Translations under genes and position numbers: made by a program
Shown: in pieces, positions 10,654-20,499 of the stretch
Position numbering within the stretch: the first letter of the stretch is position 1
Layout: each line of letters opens with the position of its first letter
Notes under the pieces: model-generated
The model's input: the letters and a program-made list of their open reading frames with translations, nothing else
The model's database searches: none
Told to the model about the DNA's origin: nothing
Source of the DNA: Nostoc sp.
GTDB lineage: Bacteria; Cyanobacteriota; Cyanobacteriia; Cyanobacteriales; Nostocaceae
DNA: 64,000 nucleotides
Direction: 5' to 3'
Assembly (NCBI GenBank): GCA_036918135.1
Contig: JBALDB010000007.1
Coordinates: 224,001-288,000 of the forward strand

Positions 10654-12387
10654 TTAGAAGTTGTAGCCGACTCCTAATTGCAATCCAACATCAGTCTCAT
10701 CTAAAAAAGCAGCATTTACACCACCTGTAAATGTGAATCGAGAACCTAGAGGAACGTCTATACCACCAGTCAGTAATAATCCAATATCAGTATCATCATT
10801 AGCTTCAATAGCTACGCCTGCGCCTACATAAGGAGATATACTGAAGGTTCGTTGACCTACCGAACCTGCTGCGCGTGGAGTGAAATCTAAGGTCAAAGGA
10901 ACCAGAAATACTGTATCGTCCCCAAACAATACTGATGGTCGTACTGATAAGTAGTTTGTCAGACCAAGTTTGCCGAAGACTGCAAAGTTACCTTCACCTA
11001 CAGCATCGCCGCCGGTTAAACCAATGTTACCGCCAACTCCGATATAGCTTCTGCCACCACGAGTAGCTCTACCTACAGATGTTCCACCATTATTTCCTCC
11101 TCCTTGCGACGGCTGATTTAACTGACTGATGTTAATATCAGGCGGGATGAGGACTTGGTTAATTGCATATATAACACCGTTACTGGCTGGGACATCCGCC
11201 TGGATGACTCTAGCATTATTGACTGCAACTTGATTGTTAGTGCGATCGATTTGAATATTTACAGGTCTGTCTTCAATGGTTCTGAGTTCGCCGTTTGTGA
11301 GTTGACTAGAAGTTACCGCACCAGGAACTACATGATAACTCAAAATCTTAACCAATGCTTCTCTGTTCTGTGGTTGCTGTAATTGTTCTAGAGTAGCAGC
11401 AGGTAGAGCAGCAAATGCTTGATCGGTGGGGGCAAAAACTGTATAAGGGCCGGGTTGTTGAAGAGTGTCTGCTAAACCGGCTGTTTTCAATAAAGAAGTC
11501 AGAGTTGTAAAAGAACTACTGGATGCAGCCAGAGAAACAATGTCTTTACCTGTTTGAGTACCACCAGCTCCGCCGACAATATACTGAGTGGCTGGCAGAT
11601 TGCTAGCAATGGGTTGTATTCGTCCCTGTCTGACTAAAGCTTGATATAAAAGTGCAGCTGCTTCAGCACGAGTTAGGGCTTGCTGGGGATTGAGTTGTTT
11701 AATATCTGGGTAATTGACAACAAGATTAGCTTGTGTTGCTGCTGCTACGCTATTAACGGCATAATTCGGGATAGCTGAGGCGTCAGTGTAGTAGTTACTA
11801 AGAGTACTTGTATCGCTAGCAGATAAACCTAAGCCATTGCTGATTGCAACAAGCGCTTCTACCTTGGGTATTTGTTGATTTGGTCTAAATACATTTCCAG
11901 GATAACCTGATAAAAACCCTATTTCGTAGGCATTCTGAATTGCTGAAGCTGCCCAGTAGCCAGCAGGAACATCACTAAATCCACCCGCACTTAATTGGCG
12001 AACTCGGTTTTGGTTACCGAAAGCTTTTTGAATTAAGGCAGCAAATTCAGCACGAGTTACAGATTGATTCGGTCTAAAGCTACCATCAGGAAAGCCACTA
12101 ATTACATTATTGTTAGCTAAAGCTTGAATAAATGGACTTGCCCAATAATCTGAAGTAACATCTGACAAGTTAACAGTTGAAGTTGGTGATGGCGTATCTG
12201 ATGGAGCTGGTGTAGTAGATGGAGTTGGTGTATCAGATGGAGTTGGTGTAGTAGATGGAGTGGTACTTGGAACAGTATCTTGAGATAAAGCTGGTGTAGA
12301 AATTACAATAGGACTTACTGTAGCAGTTGTCATTCCCAGAACTAGTAAAGCAACCCTTAGTGATGACCCACGAAACACACTAGACAT
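10654..12387 (-). CDS. SLH-domain + fasciclin (FAS1) + C-terminal outer-membrane beta-barrel protein
   Basis: Signal peptide, Pro/Thr linker, three SLH repeats (GFPDGSFRPNQSVTRAE), FAS1 (YTVFAPTDQAF, ILSYHVVPG, SNGVIYAINQVLIP) and terminal Phe. Start taken at MSSVFRG after GGAGGA. Confidence 0.88.
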   Translation of the reverse strand: MSSVFRGSSLRVALLVLGMTTATVSPIVISTPALSQDTVPSTTPSTTPTPSDTPTPSTTPAPSDTPSPTSTVNLSDVTSDYWASPFIQALANNNVISGFPDGSFRPNQSVTRAEFAALIQKAFGNQNRVRQLSAGGFSDVPAGYWAASAIQNAYEIGFLSGYPGNVFRPNQQIPKVEALVAISNGLGLSASDTSTLSNYYTDASAIPNYAVNSVAAATQANLVVNYPDIKQLNPQQALTRAEAAALLYQALVRQGRIQPIASNLPATQYIVGGAGGTQTGKDIVSLAASSSSFTTLTSLLKTAGLADTLQQPGPYTVFAPTDQAFAALPAATLEQLQQPQNREALVKILSYHVVPGAVTSSQLTNGELRTIEDRPVNIQIDRTNNQVAVNNARVIQADVPASNGVIYAINQVLIPPDINISQLNQPSQGGGNNGGTSVGRATRGGRSYIGVGGNIGLTGGDAVGEGNFAVFGKLGLTNYLSVRPSVLFGDDTVFLVPLTLDFTPRAAGSVGQRTFSISPYVGAGVAIEANDDTDIGLLLTGGIDVPLGSRFTFTGGVNAAFLDETDVGLQLGVGYNF

Positions 12388-12950
12388 TACAATATCCTCC
12401 AGGAAAAAAAGTGACTGTAGAAGGCAGAATTCAAAAGCCAAAAGACAAAATAAACATCAATTGAATATTACTTTCATCTTTTTACTTTTTGCTTTTTATG
12501 GGATTTTTCAGAACCGCAGATAACACTAAGGATAAAAAGAGATACTGTGGTCATCTGATAGATTGCAATCATAAAGGCATCTGTAAAAATTCAGCGATTT
12601 CATCAAGCAGAGAATCGCATTTAAGTAATATAATTAGCTTTTAATATCCCTAACTTGATAATCGCTGAAAAAGGTTAATTCAGTCAAGCTTAATGCATCA
12701 TTAGATTTATTAATATTTAAGAAAAATACCTCTTAACGATACAGGTAATATTTTTCAGCTATTACCTAAATTACGCAACTAACTAATGGCTGTAATTTGG
12801 GGTAAAATTTTCACTCTTTAGATAGTTGTCGCTCATGCTAAATTTAACAATTTTAGAGTGAAAATCAGCGATCGCAATTAAAATTTTCGACCCTGATTAA
12901 TCTCAGATTTTTCACTAGCGATTAAAGACAAACTAGGTCTTAAAGCCAAC

Positions 12951-13151
12951 TATAGTAATCAGCTTTGATTTTAGAATTTATTTGGGTGGTGCGCTTGGCT
13001 CAGCATAAGCGCAATAGGCAGGGAGTCACACTGCTCCCAACAGGGGCTTGCCACACAGTTGATACAACAAGGGCAACTAGGGTGGACTAACTTTCCATGA
13101 GTAATGCAAACAAGCGTTTTGAAACCATAATAAATACAAATAGGCTGCGAT
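12951..13151. mobile_element. Degenerate MITE-like element with internal hairpins
   Basis: Left end TATAGTAATCAGCTTTGATTTT and right end AAATACAAATAGGCTGCGAT form imperfect TIRs; internal TGCGCTT/AAGCGCA and GGGAG/CTCCC stems. Confidence 0.45.
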
Positions 13152-13183
13152 TCTGACTTGTGATTTGTGCTATACCTTATTGA

Positions 13184-13990
13184 CTAATCGTGCTTAGAGG
13201 AGTCAGGCATAATTGCTTCTTGAAAATTGACACCGCTCAAGTTAGCTCCTCTCAAATCGGCTCCTCTGAGGTTTGCTTTTCTCAGATTTGCCCCTGCCAA
13301 ATTCGCTCGTCTGAGGTTAGTCCAACTTAAATCTGCTTGGCTCAAGTCAGCCTCATTCAAATTAGCAGACAATAAATATGCACCACTCAGGTGAGCCTTG
13401 GTCAAATTAGCTTTATATAAGTCAGTTTTATAAAGATAAGCCCCCAACATTTCCGCCCCGTATAAGCTGGCCTCGCCCAAATCAGCCGCAATCAAGTTAG
13501 CTTCAATGAGGTTGGCAAAACAGAGGTTAGCCCGAATCAGTTTCGCTGCATCTAAATCCGCATCTCTTAAGTTAGCGCCTTTTAAATCAGTGCCAATGAA
13601 ATTAGCATGAGCGATCGTAGCACCTGTGAGATTCGCCTCGCTCAAGTCAGCACCAATCAAATTAGCATCACTCAGATCTGCCTGTGAAAGTATAGCACCG
13701 CTCAAGTTAGCAACACTCAAATTAGCAGCAGTGAGATTAGCTTCAATCAGCAAGGCTTTGTAGAGGTTTGCGCCACTGAGTTCAGCATTGCTGAGGTTTG
13801 CTCGCACAAGTAAACCATTAGCTAAATCTACCTTGCTCAAGTTTACCCCTTGGAGGTTTGCACCTCTAAGGTTATCTCCTTGAAGGTTCGCGGTGCTGAG
13901 GTCAGGTTGAATCTGGGGATTTTTCTTTCTCCACTCAGTCCATGTAACCGCACCTGCTTTGAGTAAAACCAGATGCTCTTGATTTGCCAT
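13184..13990 (-). CDS. Pentapeptide repeat protein
   Basis: MANQEHL...W..WR N-terminus and continuous A(D/N)Lxx repeats. Confidence 0.95.
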   Translation of the reverse strand: MANQEHLVLLKAGAVTWTEWRKKNPQIQPDLSTANLQGDNLRGANLQGVNLSKVDLANGLLVRANLSNAELSGANLYKALLIEANLTAANLSVANLSGAILSQADLSDANLIGADLSEANLTGATIAHANFIGTDLKGANLRDADLDAAKLIRANLCFANLIEANLIAADLGEASLYGAEMLGAYLYKTDLYKANLTKAHLSGAYLLSANLNEADLSQADLSWTNLRRANLAGANLRKANLRGADLRGANLSGVNFQEAIMPDSSKHD

Positions 13991-14034
13991 TTTCTCTCCT
14001 TTATCAACTGAGTGCTTTACTTAGTGCTGAGTGA

Positions 14035-14275
14035 GATGGGGAAGTGTGGGGAGTGTGGGGAGTGTGGGGACAGAGGGGAGAGGGGGGATAAGGAAGTGTG
14101 GGAAGTGTGGGGGGAAAAGGGGGAGAAGGAAGTGTGGGGAGTGTGGGGGGACAAGGGGGAAAGATTTTTTCTCACACCTCCCAATCCTCCCAATCCTCCC
14201 AATCCTCCCCATCCTCCCCATCCTCCCCATCCTCCCCATCTTCCCCATTCCCCATCCTCCCACACCTCGCATTCA
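14035..14275. repeat. G-rich then C-rich 9-mer tandem repeat block
   Basis: (GGGGAGTGT)n followed by (CCCAATCCT/CCCCATCCT)n. Confidence 0.9.
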
Positions 14276-14282
14276 CCACTCT

Positions 14283-14921
14283 TCATTCCTGACGTCCACT
14301 TTCACGATTTCGACCAGGTATACTTTCAATGGCGGCTAAGGCTCCGGCTGCACCTGCTAAAATATCTCGTTCTTCTCCACCTAAGTAAAGTCGTCCAAAA
14401 CTGCCTACAGCTTGCACCTCAAGAATATTAATCGCCGCCGCTTTCTCTGCTTCATTCGCAGCTAAGGCGGCGTAAGCGGCTGGCTCAACCTCTAATACAT
14501 ATAAGGTTTGCCCTGCTAATAGAAGCTGTCCCCGGCGCGTGCGATTGATAAGTTGTGTTTGGTAAGCATCAATGTTGCGGATAATTTGACTAGAAACAAC
14601 ACGCGGTTTGAGACATTCATCTCTTCGGACTCCCAGTGTTGCCAAAATGGCTTGACCGGCAGCTCGCGTTTCGCCTTGGGAGCCAGAATGAACTTCTAAT
14701 AGACCATACAGGCGTTCTACTACTTGTACTCCCGGACGCACAGAAGCAGCTTTTAGGGCTACATCCGTAATTTTATTAATTTCGATGCCGGGTGAGATTT
14801 CAATCCACAGCGATGTATCTCCTGGTAATGGTAAGAAACCTTGGGCTACTGTTCCCATATATGCTGCATGTTGAGGTTGCAGGCTGTCGAGAAACACAAA
14901 ACTGCGTAGTTCTATTCCCAA
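14283..14921 (-). CDS. ccmP: Carboxysome shell protein CcmP (tandem BMC domains)
   Basis: [20 protein letters not shown]...PGIEIN...VERLYGLLE...[13 protein letters not shown] start after GGAG. Confidence 0.9.
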   Translation of the reverse strand: MGIELRSFVFLDSLQPQHAAYMGTVAQGFLPLPGDTSLWIEISPGIEINKITDVALKAASVRPGVQVVERLYGLLEVHSGSQGETRAAGQAILATLGVRRDECLKPRVVSSQIIRNIDAYQTQLINRTRRGQLLLAGQTLYVLEVEPAAYAALAANEAEKAAAINILEVQAVGSFGRLYLGGEERDILAGAAGALAAIESIPGRNRESGRQE

Positions 14922-15253
14922 GATTTTGCTCTCCAATCATGAGGTAAAAGTTATCTATTGCACGATATCAGCGCCTAACTTGTGGTATTTTAGCCACAAA
15001 TGAAGGATAGAAAAACACAAAATAGAAAAATTTTGCTGTCGATAAATCTTACACCCAAGAAGTACCTGATAATAAAAACCGCCTTGATAATTGTACAAGT
15101 TTTATCAGACAAAATAAGTAGAAATAGCAAGAGGAAAGTTCAATGAACTTTCCCCTCTACCTTGAAGATGTTGGCACTCAAACTGACATTTAGAAACACA
15201 TCAACTACTGTTGTGTTGTATCCAAGTAAGAACTACTAGATTTTGCAGATTGC

Positions 15254-16537
15254 CTACTTCGTGGCGATCGCTATTGCTTTCTCCACAGCTTCCAAGGCAG
15301 TGTTTACTTCGGCTTCTGTGACAATCAACGGTGGTACAAATCGGATGACTTTTGGCCCGGCTGGTACAAGCAATAAACCCTCGTTGATGGCAGCATTAAC
15401 CACATCGGCTGCGGTTAGTGCAACGTCAGCTCGCAATTCTAAACCATTGATTAGACCCCAACCCCGAACTTCGATAATATGATGAGGATATTTAGCGGCG
15501 ATCGCTTTTAATCCAGTTCGTAACTGTTCGCCTCTATCTTGGACATTCTGCAAGATATTTTCTCGGTCTAATGTCTGGCAAACACTCAGTGCTACACCAC
15601 ACACAAAAGGATTTCCACCAAAAGTACTAGCGTGTTCTCCTGGTTGAAAAACATCGCAGAATTTTTTACTGATCATCGCACCGATGGGGATACCGCCACC
15701 CAAGCCTTTAGCACTGGTGAAGATATCCGGTTCGACACCCAAATGTTCGTAACCCCATAGCTTACCACTGCGACCCATGCCAACTTGCACTTCATCAAAA
15801 ATCAGTAAAATTCCGGTTTCGTCGCAAATCTGCCGTAGCTTTTTGAAATAAGCAATGTCTCCCGGACGCACACCGCCTTCTCCTTGCAATGGCTCAATCA
15901 AAATCGCCCCTACACGATAATCGCCTTCATCCAACTCGCTAATCGCCAGTTCTAGAGAGTTAATATCGTTGTAATTTACGTAATGAAATCCAGGCATCAA
16001 GGGATCGAAGTACTTTTGATACTTTGGCTGTCCAGTGGCGGTAATGGTTGCTAAAGTCCGTCCGTGGAAACTGGCATTGGCGGTTAAGATAATCGGTTTT
16101 TCAATGTCTAATACCGTGTGGGCGTATTTTCGGGCTAGTTTAATTGCCGCTTCGTTAGCTTCAGCTCCAGAGTTGCAGAAAAAAACGCGATCGGCACAGG
16201 AATGTTCTACAATCCATTTTGCCAATTCACCTTGTTCGGGAATATAGTACAAATTAGAGACGTGATGCAGCTTTTGGATTTGCTGCGTCACCGCTTCTAC
16301 CATCGCTGGGTGGGCATGTCCTAAAGTACAAGTGGCAATTCCCGCCACAAAATCCAGATATTCCCGGCCCTGTGTATCCCAAACCCGACACCCAGCACCT
16401 CGTTCTAGGGCTAAGGGAAACCGTCCATAGGTAGACATGACAGCTGCATCGAAGCTATCTGCATCAAACTGACTAGATGTTAAAGACCCTGAATCTGGGG
16501 GGATGGTGGTTTGTTCAACTAGAGTTTGTAAGCTCAC
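15254..16537 (-). CDS. argD: Acetylornithine aminotransferase
   Basis: FFCNSGAEANEAAIKLARK, FHGRT, DEVQVGMGRSG, SAKGLGGG and HASTFGGNP. Confidence 0.93.
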   Translation of the reverse strand: MSLQTLVEQTTIPPDSGSLTSSQFDADSFDAAVMSTYGRFPLALERGAGCRVWDTQGREYLDFVAGIATCTLGHAHPAMVEAVTQQIQKLHHVSNLYYIPEQGELAKWIVEHSCADRVFFCNSGAEANEAAIKLARKYAHTVLDIEKPIILTANASFHGRTLATITATGQPKYQKYFDPLMPGFHYVNYNDINSLELAISELDEGDYRVGAILIEPLQGEGGVRPGDIAYFKKLRQICDETGILLIFDEVQVGMGRSGKLWGYEHLGVEPDIFTSAKGLGGGIPIGAMISKKFCDVFQPGEHASTFGGNPFVCGVALSVCQTLDRENILQNVQDRGEQLRTGLKAIAAKYPHHIIEVRGWGLINGLELRADVALTAADVVNAAINEGLLLVPAGPKVIRFVPPLIVTEAEVNTALEAVEKAIAIATK

Positions 16538-17066
16538 TACCGCTCCTCCTGGAAGTTTTTCATTATATAGTTATTTACTAGTTTCCTAGAAATCCCAAAA
16601 AATTACTTTTTATTTTCCTAAAGCCCGATCGCTTCGTGATTCCCCCATGCTTTTTGATGACTGTTGACGGTTGACAGTTAACCGTTAGCGGTCAACACCA
16701 TGAGTGACTTTACAATTTATAAAGTGTAACAGCTTTAACGGGTGCGTAGCATTTTACGCCAGCTTTGAGTGTGTATCGGCTTTTTGGTCGATAATTTAGC
16801 TAGTATGCTGATACTAACGCACTAGCTGTCATCAAAGAAGAGAGTGCGATCGCTACAATTCTGCTATTTGAAAAAACTATGGACAAAAAGGATGTACCTG
16901 AAACTAAATTTATCTACGGGGTTTTCCCTTTGTTTCTTTGTCCTCTTTGCTCATTAAACTAAATACTATAAAGTTAGTACAAAACTCAAAAATATAGGCC
17001 CAAAGTACTATTTATACGCCATTCTCAACTCTTGAGCAAAAATATCAACGTATCCAAAAGGAACTA

Positions 17067-18083
17067 ATGGCAGGAGCGATCGCTCTTGGTGGTGTTTTCC
17101 TTTTTGGTACTTTGTGGTATCGAATTATAGAGGGCTGGTCATGGGAAGATGCAGCTTACATGACCGTCATCACCTTAGCTACTGTGGGGTATGGAGAAAC
17201 ACACCCGCTCGGTAACCGAGGACGGTTGTTTACAATTGCCCTGATTTTGTTGGGTGTAGTCAATATCGGTTACATTGTCAACAGATTTACAGAAGCGATC
17301 ATTCAAGGCTATTTTCAACAAGGAATTCGACTACAACAGCAGAGGCGATTAATGGAATCCCTGTCAGAACACTACATTATCTGTGGCTTTAGTCGGACTG
17401 GTCGTCAAATTGCCAAGGAATTTCGGGCAGAAGGTGTAGCTTTTGTAGTGATTGATTCGGAGGTAGAATCTGTGCAAAGGGCACAAGTAGAAGGTTACAC
17501 AGTATACCAAGGTGATGCAACGCTAGATGATACGCTTTTGAAAGTTGGTATTGAAAGGGCGATTTGCTTGGTTGCAGCGTTGCCTTCTGATGCAGAAAAT
17601 TTATACACAGTTTTGTCAGCGAAAACACTGAATCCAGAAATTCGGGCGATCGCTCGCGCAAGTACAGAAGAAGCTTTGTTGAAATTACAACGTGGTGGTG
17701 CAGATGAAGTGATATCCCCCTATATTACTGGAGGGAAGCGGATGGCTGCTGCGGCTCTCAGACCGCAAGTTTTGGACTTTGTAGACGGGATTTTGGCAGG
17801 CTCAGACCGCCAGTTATATATGGAAGAATTTTTACTCGAACCAGCTTCTTGTCCTTTTGTCGGTCAAACTTTGCAAAAAGCGAGATTGCGATCGCAAACT
17901 GGGGCATTAGTTCTGGCAATTCGCCGCCTTGATGGTACTTTAATCGGTGGTCCCACCGGCGATACGATGTTAATGTCTCAAGACCGCCTAATCTGTATGG
18001 GTACAGCTGAGCAGTTGCGTGACCTCAACAAAATTCTCGGCCCAATTAATTCCAAGCAATTGCGGCGACCGAAAAATAGCTGA
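17067..18083 (+). CDS. Potassium channel with RCK (TrkA-N/TrkA-C) domains
   Basis: TVGYG selectivity filter; ICGFSRTG Rossmann motif; C-terminal TrkA-C. Confidence 0.92.
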   Translation: MAGAIALGGVFLFGTLWYRIIEGWSWEDAAYMTVITLATVGYGETHPLGNRGRLFTIALILLGVVNIGYIVNRFTEAIIQGYFQQGIRLQQQRRLMESLSEHYIICGFSRTGRQIAKEFRAEGVAFVVIDSEVESVQRAQVEGYTVYQGDATLDDTLLKVGIERAICLVAALPSDAENLYTVLSAKTLNPEIRAIARASTEEALLKLQRGGADEVISPYITGGKRMAAAALRPQVLDFVDGILAGSDRQLYMEEFLLEPASCPFVGQTLQKARLRSQTGALVLAIRRLDGTLIGGPTGDTMLMSQDRLICMGTAEQLRDLNKILGPINSKQLRRPKNS

Positions 18084-18190
18084 TTATATGTTTATTTTTG
18101 CTTTTTTATACCAATTTTATATAAAGATAATATAGTGGGATTGCATAAGTTAATGGTATCAAATCGTATTTTAGCTTAAGATTTTAGATA

Positions 18191-19213
18191 TTAAATATCC
18201 CGTAACCACTGCAAAATACTAACTTTACTTTCTACCAAGCCCTTATATGCTAGAGCTTCTAGCGTCATAGACTCAATTGCAGTACAAAGTTTAGAATTTA
18301 ATATTGAATCTTTTTTAACTTCAGCACAATCTCTAAAGTAAGTACGAATAGTAAATAGCGCTGCTTCATACTCTGGTATACCCCAAATTACCTGTCGTTC
18401 AATTCGCAGATAAAGCCTGGGGTCTTGCAAATCAAAGTTTCTACCTTGCCATTGGCTAACTGACACGCCAGGTGGTGGTTCGGGATGATGGTTGAGGCGG
18501 GTATCGGTACTCAAACCCCAAGCAAAGCGTACCATCGGCTTGTGGGTAATCATTGTATTAGCGATCGCATTCCCTCGCAGATTTATTTTTTCCATACCCG
18601 CTACTGGTGCATGTATTTTGGCAAAATCATGACCAATTTTCTCTTCGACTGACCAGTGGTTGGGATAGCACAGATGAACTGCACTCAACCAATTGCTACC
18701 ATCATCATAACGGCAGATAATTGCTAGGTCTTCCTGCACCTGTGCTGCTAAACCATCAAGAGTAGAAGCATAAACTGGAACAACTCGGCTACCTTCAACT
18801 TGTTGTAATTGCAACTGTGCATCTAAATAAAGTGTTTCTTTGGTAAGTTGACTGTAAAATTTTAGGGTGTTATCTATTGACTTTTGGCACTCAAAATATT
18901 GTGGGTGTTCTTGGGTGAGGCGATTAATTATTAAACCAGCGATTGCACTTGCCACAGCCTTAGAATAATTACAAGTTTGGTAGTACTTGCTCAACCGTTC
19001 CCCACGGGCTAAAAGCTTAGCTTGACGGTAGTGGGTGAAATTATCATCAATTTGAAATACCTGTCCATCAACCTGAGTGTTACCCAAACAGCAGCCAAAA
19101 GGCATCATCCCAGGCTTAACCTCGTAACGTCCACTCATCAGGGGAAAGTAGCAAGCCGCATTTTCAGAAGCTTCCACTGTCCTAACTTCTTGGAAAAAGT
19201 TGTTTTCAGACAC
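18191..19213 (-). CDS. DUF3445 / heme-dependent oxidative N-demethylase alpha-subunit family protein
   Basis: QVQEDLAI, CYPNHWS..EKIG..F..IHAPV, RIERQ and LFTIRTY. Confidence 0.85.
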   Translation of the reverse strand: MSENNFFQEVRTVEASENAACYFPLMSGRYEVKPGMMPFGCCLGNTQVDGQVFQIDDNFTHYRQAKLLARGERLSKYYQTCNYSKAVASAIAGLIINRLTQEHPQYFECQKSIDNTLKFYSQLTKETLYLDAQLQLQQVEGSRVVPVYASTLDGLAAQVQEDLAIICRYDDGSNWLSAVHLCYPNHWSVEEKIGHDFAKIHAPVAGMEKINLRGNAIANTMITHKPMVRFAWGLSTDTRLNHHPEPPPGVSVSQWQGRNFDLQDPRLYLRIERQVIWGIPEYEAALFTIRTYFRDCAEVKKDSILNSKLCTAIESMTLEALAYKGLVESKVSILQWLRDI

Positions 19214-19334
19214 AGATTCTATGATACTTGTTTTTTATTCTTTTCATTTCCAATACATCTGAAAGGATGAGGGAGATGGGGAGATAGAGAGACGCAAGCA
19301 CACGGGAACACGGGGAATGACCAATGACTAATAA

Positions 19335-19892
19335 CTAATAATCAATTTCTTTCCACCCATGTATCATAGCTATATTTTTAATAACCCATTCAATTACAAT
19401 TGGAGGAGCTTCTGATATCAAAATGCTAGGATAAACTGCTGCGCCCCATTCGGGATGAATCAACACATGGCATTGATTTTTAATCACTGGATAATTAAGT
19501 AAAGCTTGAACAACTGCTGCGTCGTCGTGAGGAATTGCTCCGGGATGGGATAACAAAGGATAGCCTGTACGAGGGTCGATTAAGTCTGTTAAATAACCGC
19601 GATCGCGCAGATTAAATGCTAAATCGCAGCCAAAAATCATAAACTTTTCTCGCAAACGTTGTTTCTCTATCTCTACTTCTGCCGTTTTTTCGACTAATTG
19701 ATAACGCGATTGCTGTAAGACAATCACTACTCGTAAAAATGGCTGCCGTTTCCAATCTGGTAATATCCGTTCGCAGTTGGCACAGATATATTGACTGGGG
19801 GGATGAATTGTAATTTGAACCGCTTGTCCCGTTTCGCCAACTAAATAAATGGGATAGCCTTGCTCCGAAGTGTAAACTTTGGGATAGTTCAC
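19335..19892 (-). CDS. MMADHC/CblD-like protein
   Basis: EKQRLREKF, TDLIDPRTGYP and CHVLIHPEWG..VYP motifs. Confidence 0.8.
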   Translation of the reverse strand: MNYPKVYTSEQGYPIYLVGETGQAVQITIHPPSQYICANCERILPDWKRQPFLRVVIVLQQSRYQLVEKTAEVEIEKQRLREKFMIFGCDLAFNLRDRGYLTDLIDPRTGYPLLSHPGAIPHDDAAVVQALLNYPVIKNQCHVLIHPEWGAAVYPSILISEAPPIVIEWVIKNIAMIHGWKEIDY

Positions 19893-20225
19893 TAAATTGA
19901 TTCGGTTTTTGCAAGTTTTTTAATTTAATCTCCGGTATAGATGATAACTCTTAATAGTTCAGAAAAATCATCACAGTTATATAATAGATTCGTTTCGCTG
20001 GGAGTAGTTGAGAATAATTTGATATTTTTAATCTGATTTTTCTACTTTCTTAACCTGTTTTAATCGGATTTGCTGGGTTGATTTTTAGTATGATTTAGGT
20101 TGTGGAAAAATAAATCAACGAAGGATTGCAATTTCATACCAGTATGTGCGCCTAATGCCATAAAGAAGTCGAAAACAGAGCGATCGCTTCTAGTACAGGT
20201 GATGTCTAAATCAGATTGTCATCAA

Positions 20226-20432
20226 TTAATTAAGTTTTAAAGAATTGACTGGCACCTCATCCCAAGAATCAACTATGCGTAATTGCGCTACCCAACCTGC
20301 TGCTTTTTGCGCCTGTGTCAAATTATTCTCAAAGGAATGATGACAATCTTTGGCTTGAGATTCGTCACAACAAGCAATACAAGCATGAATCATCCCAGAC
20401 GGATCGATTTGCTCATTTACCCAAATAGTCAT
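20226..20432 (-). CDS. Small conserved cyanobacterial protein (68 aa)
   Basis: MTIWVNEQIDPSG...CIACCDE...SWDEVPVNSLKL; start set at ATG 20432 after GAGGG. Confidence 0.75.
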   Translation of the reverse strand: MTIWVNEQIDPSGMIHACIACCDESQAKDCHHSFENNLTQAQKAAGWVAQLRIVDSWDEVPVNSLKLN

Positions 20433-20499
20433 TAAATATTCCCTCAAAAACTTTATTTTAAAATAATAAATCTTCTGCAAGTTTTAATCTACATATGTA

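Noticed and set aside
14035..14275. Possible CRISPR array
   Set aside because: Short tandem repeats with no unique spacers, and no cas genes in the window.
14012..14431. Five overlapping low-complexity ORFs
   Set aside because: Translation artefacts of 9-mer tandem repeats.
19893..20225. Cobalamin riboswitch upstream of the CblD-like gene
   Set aside because: No B12-box or conserved stems recognisable.
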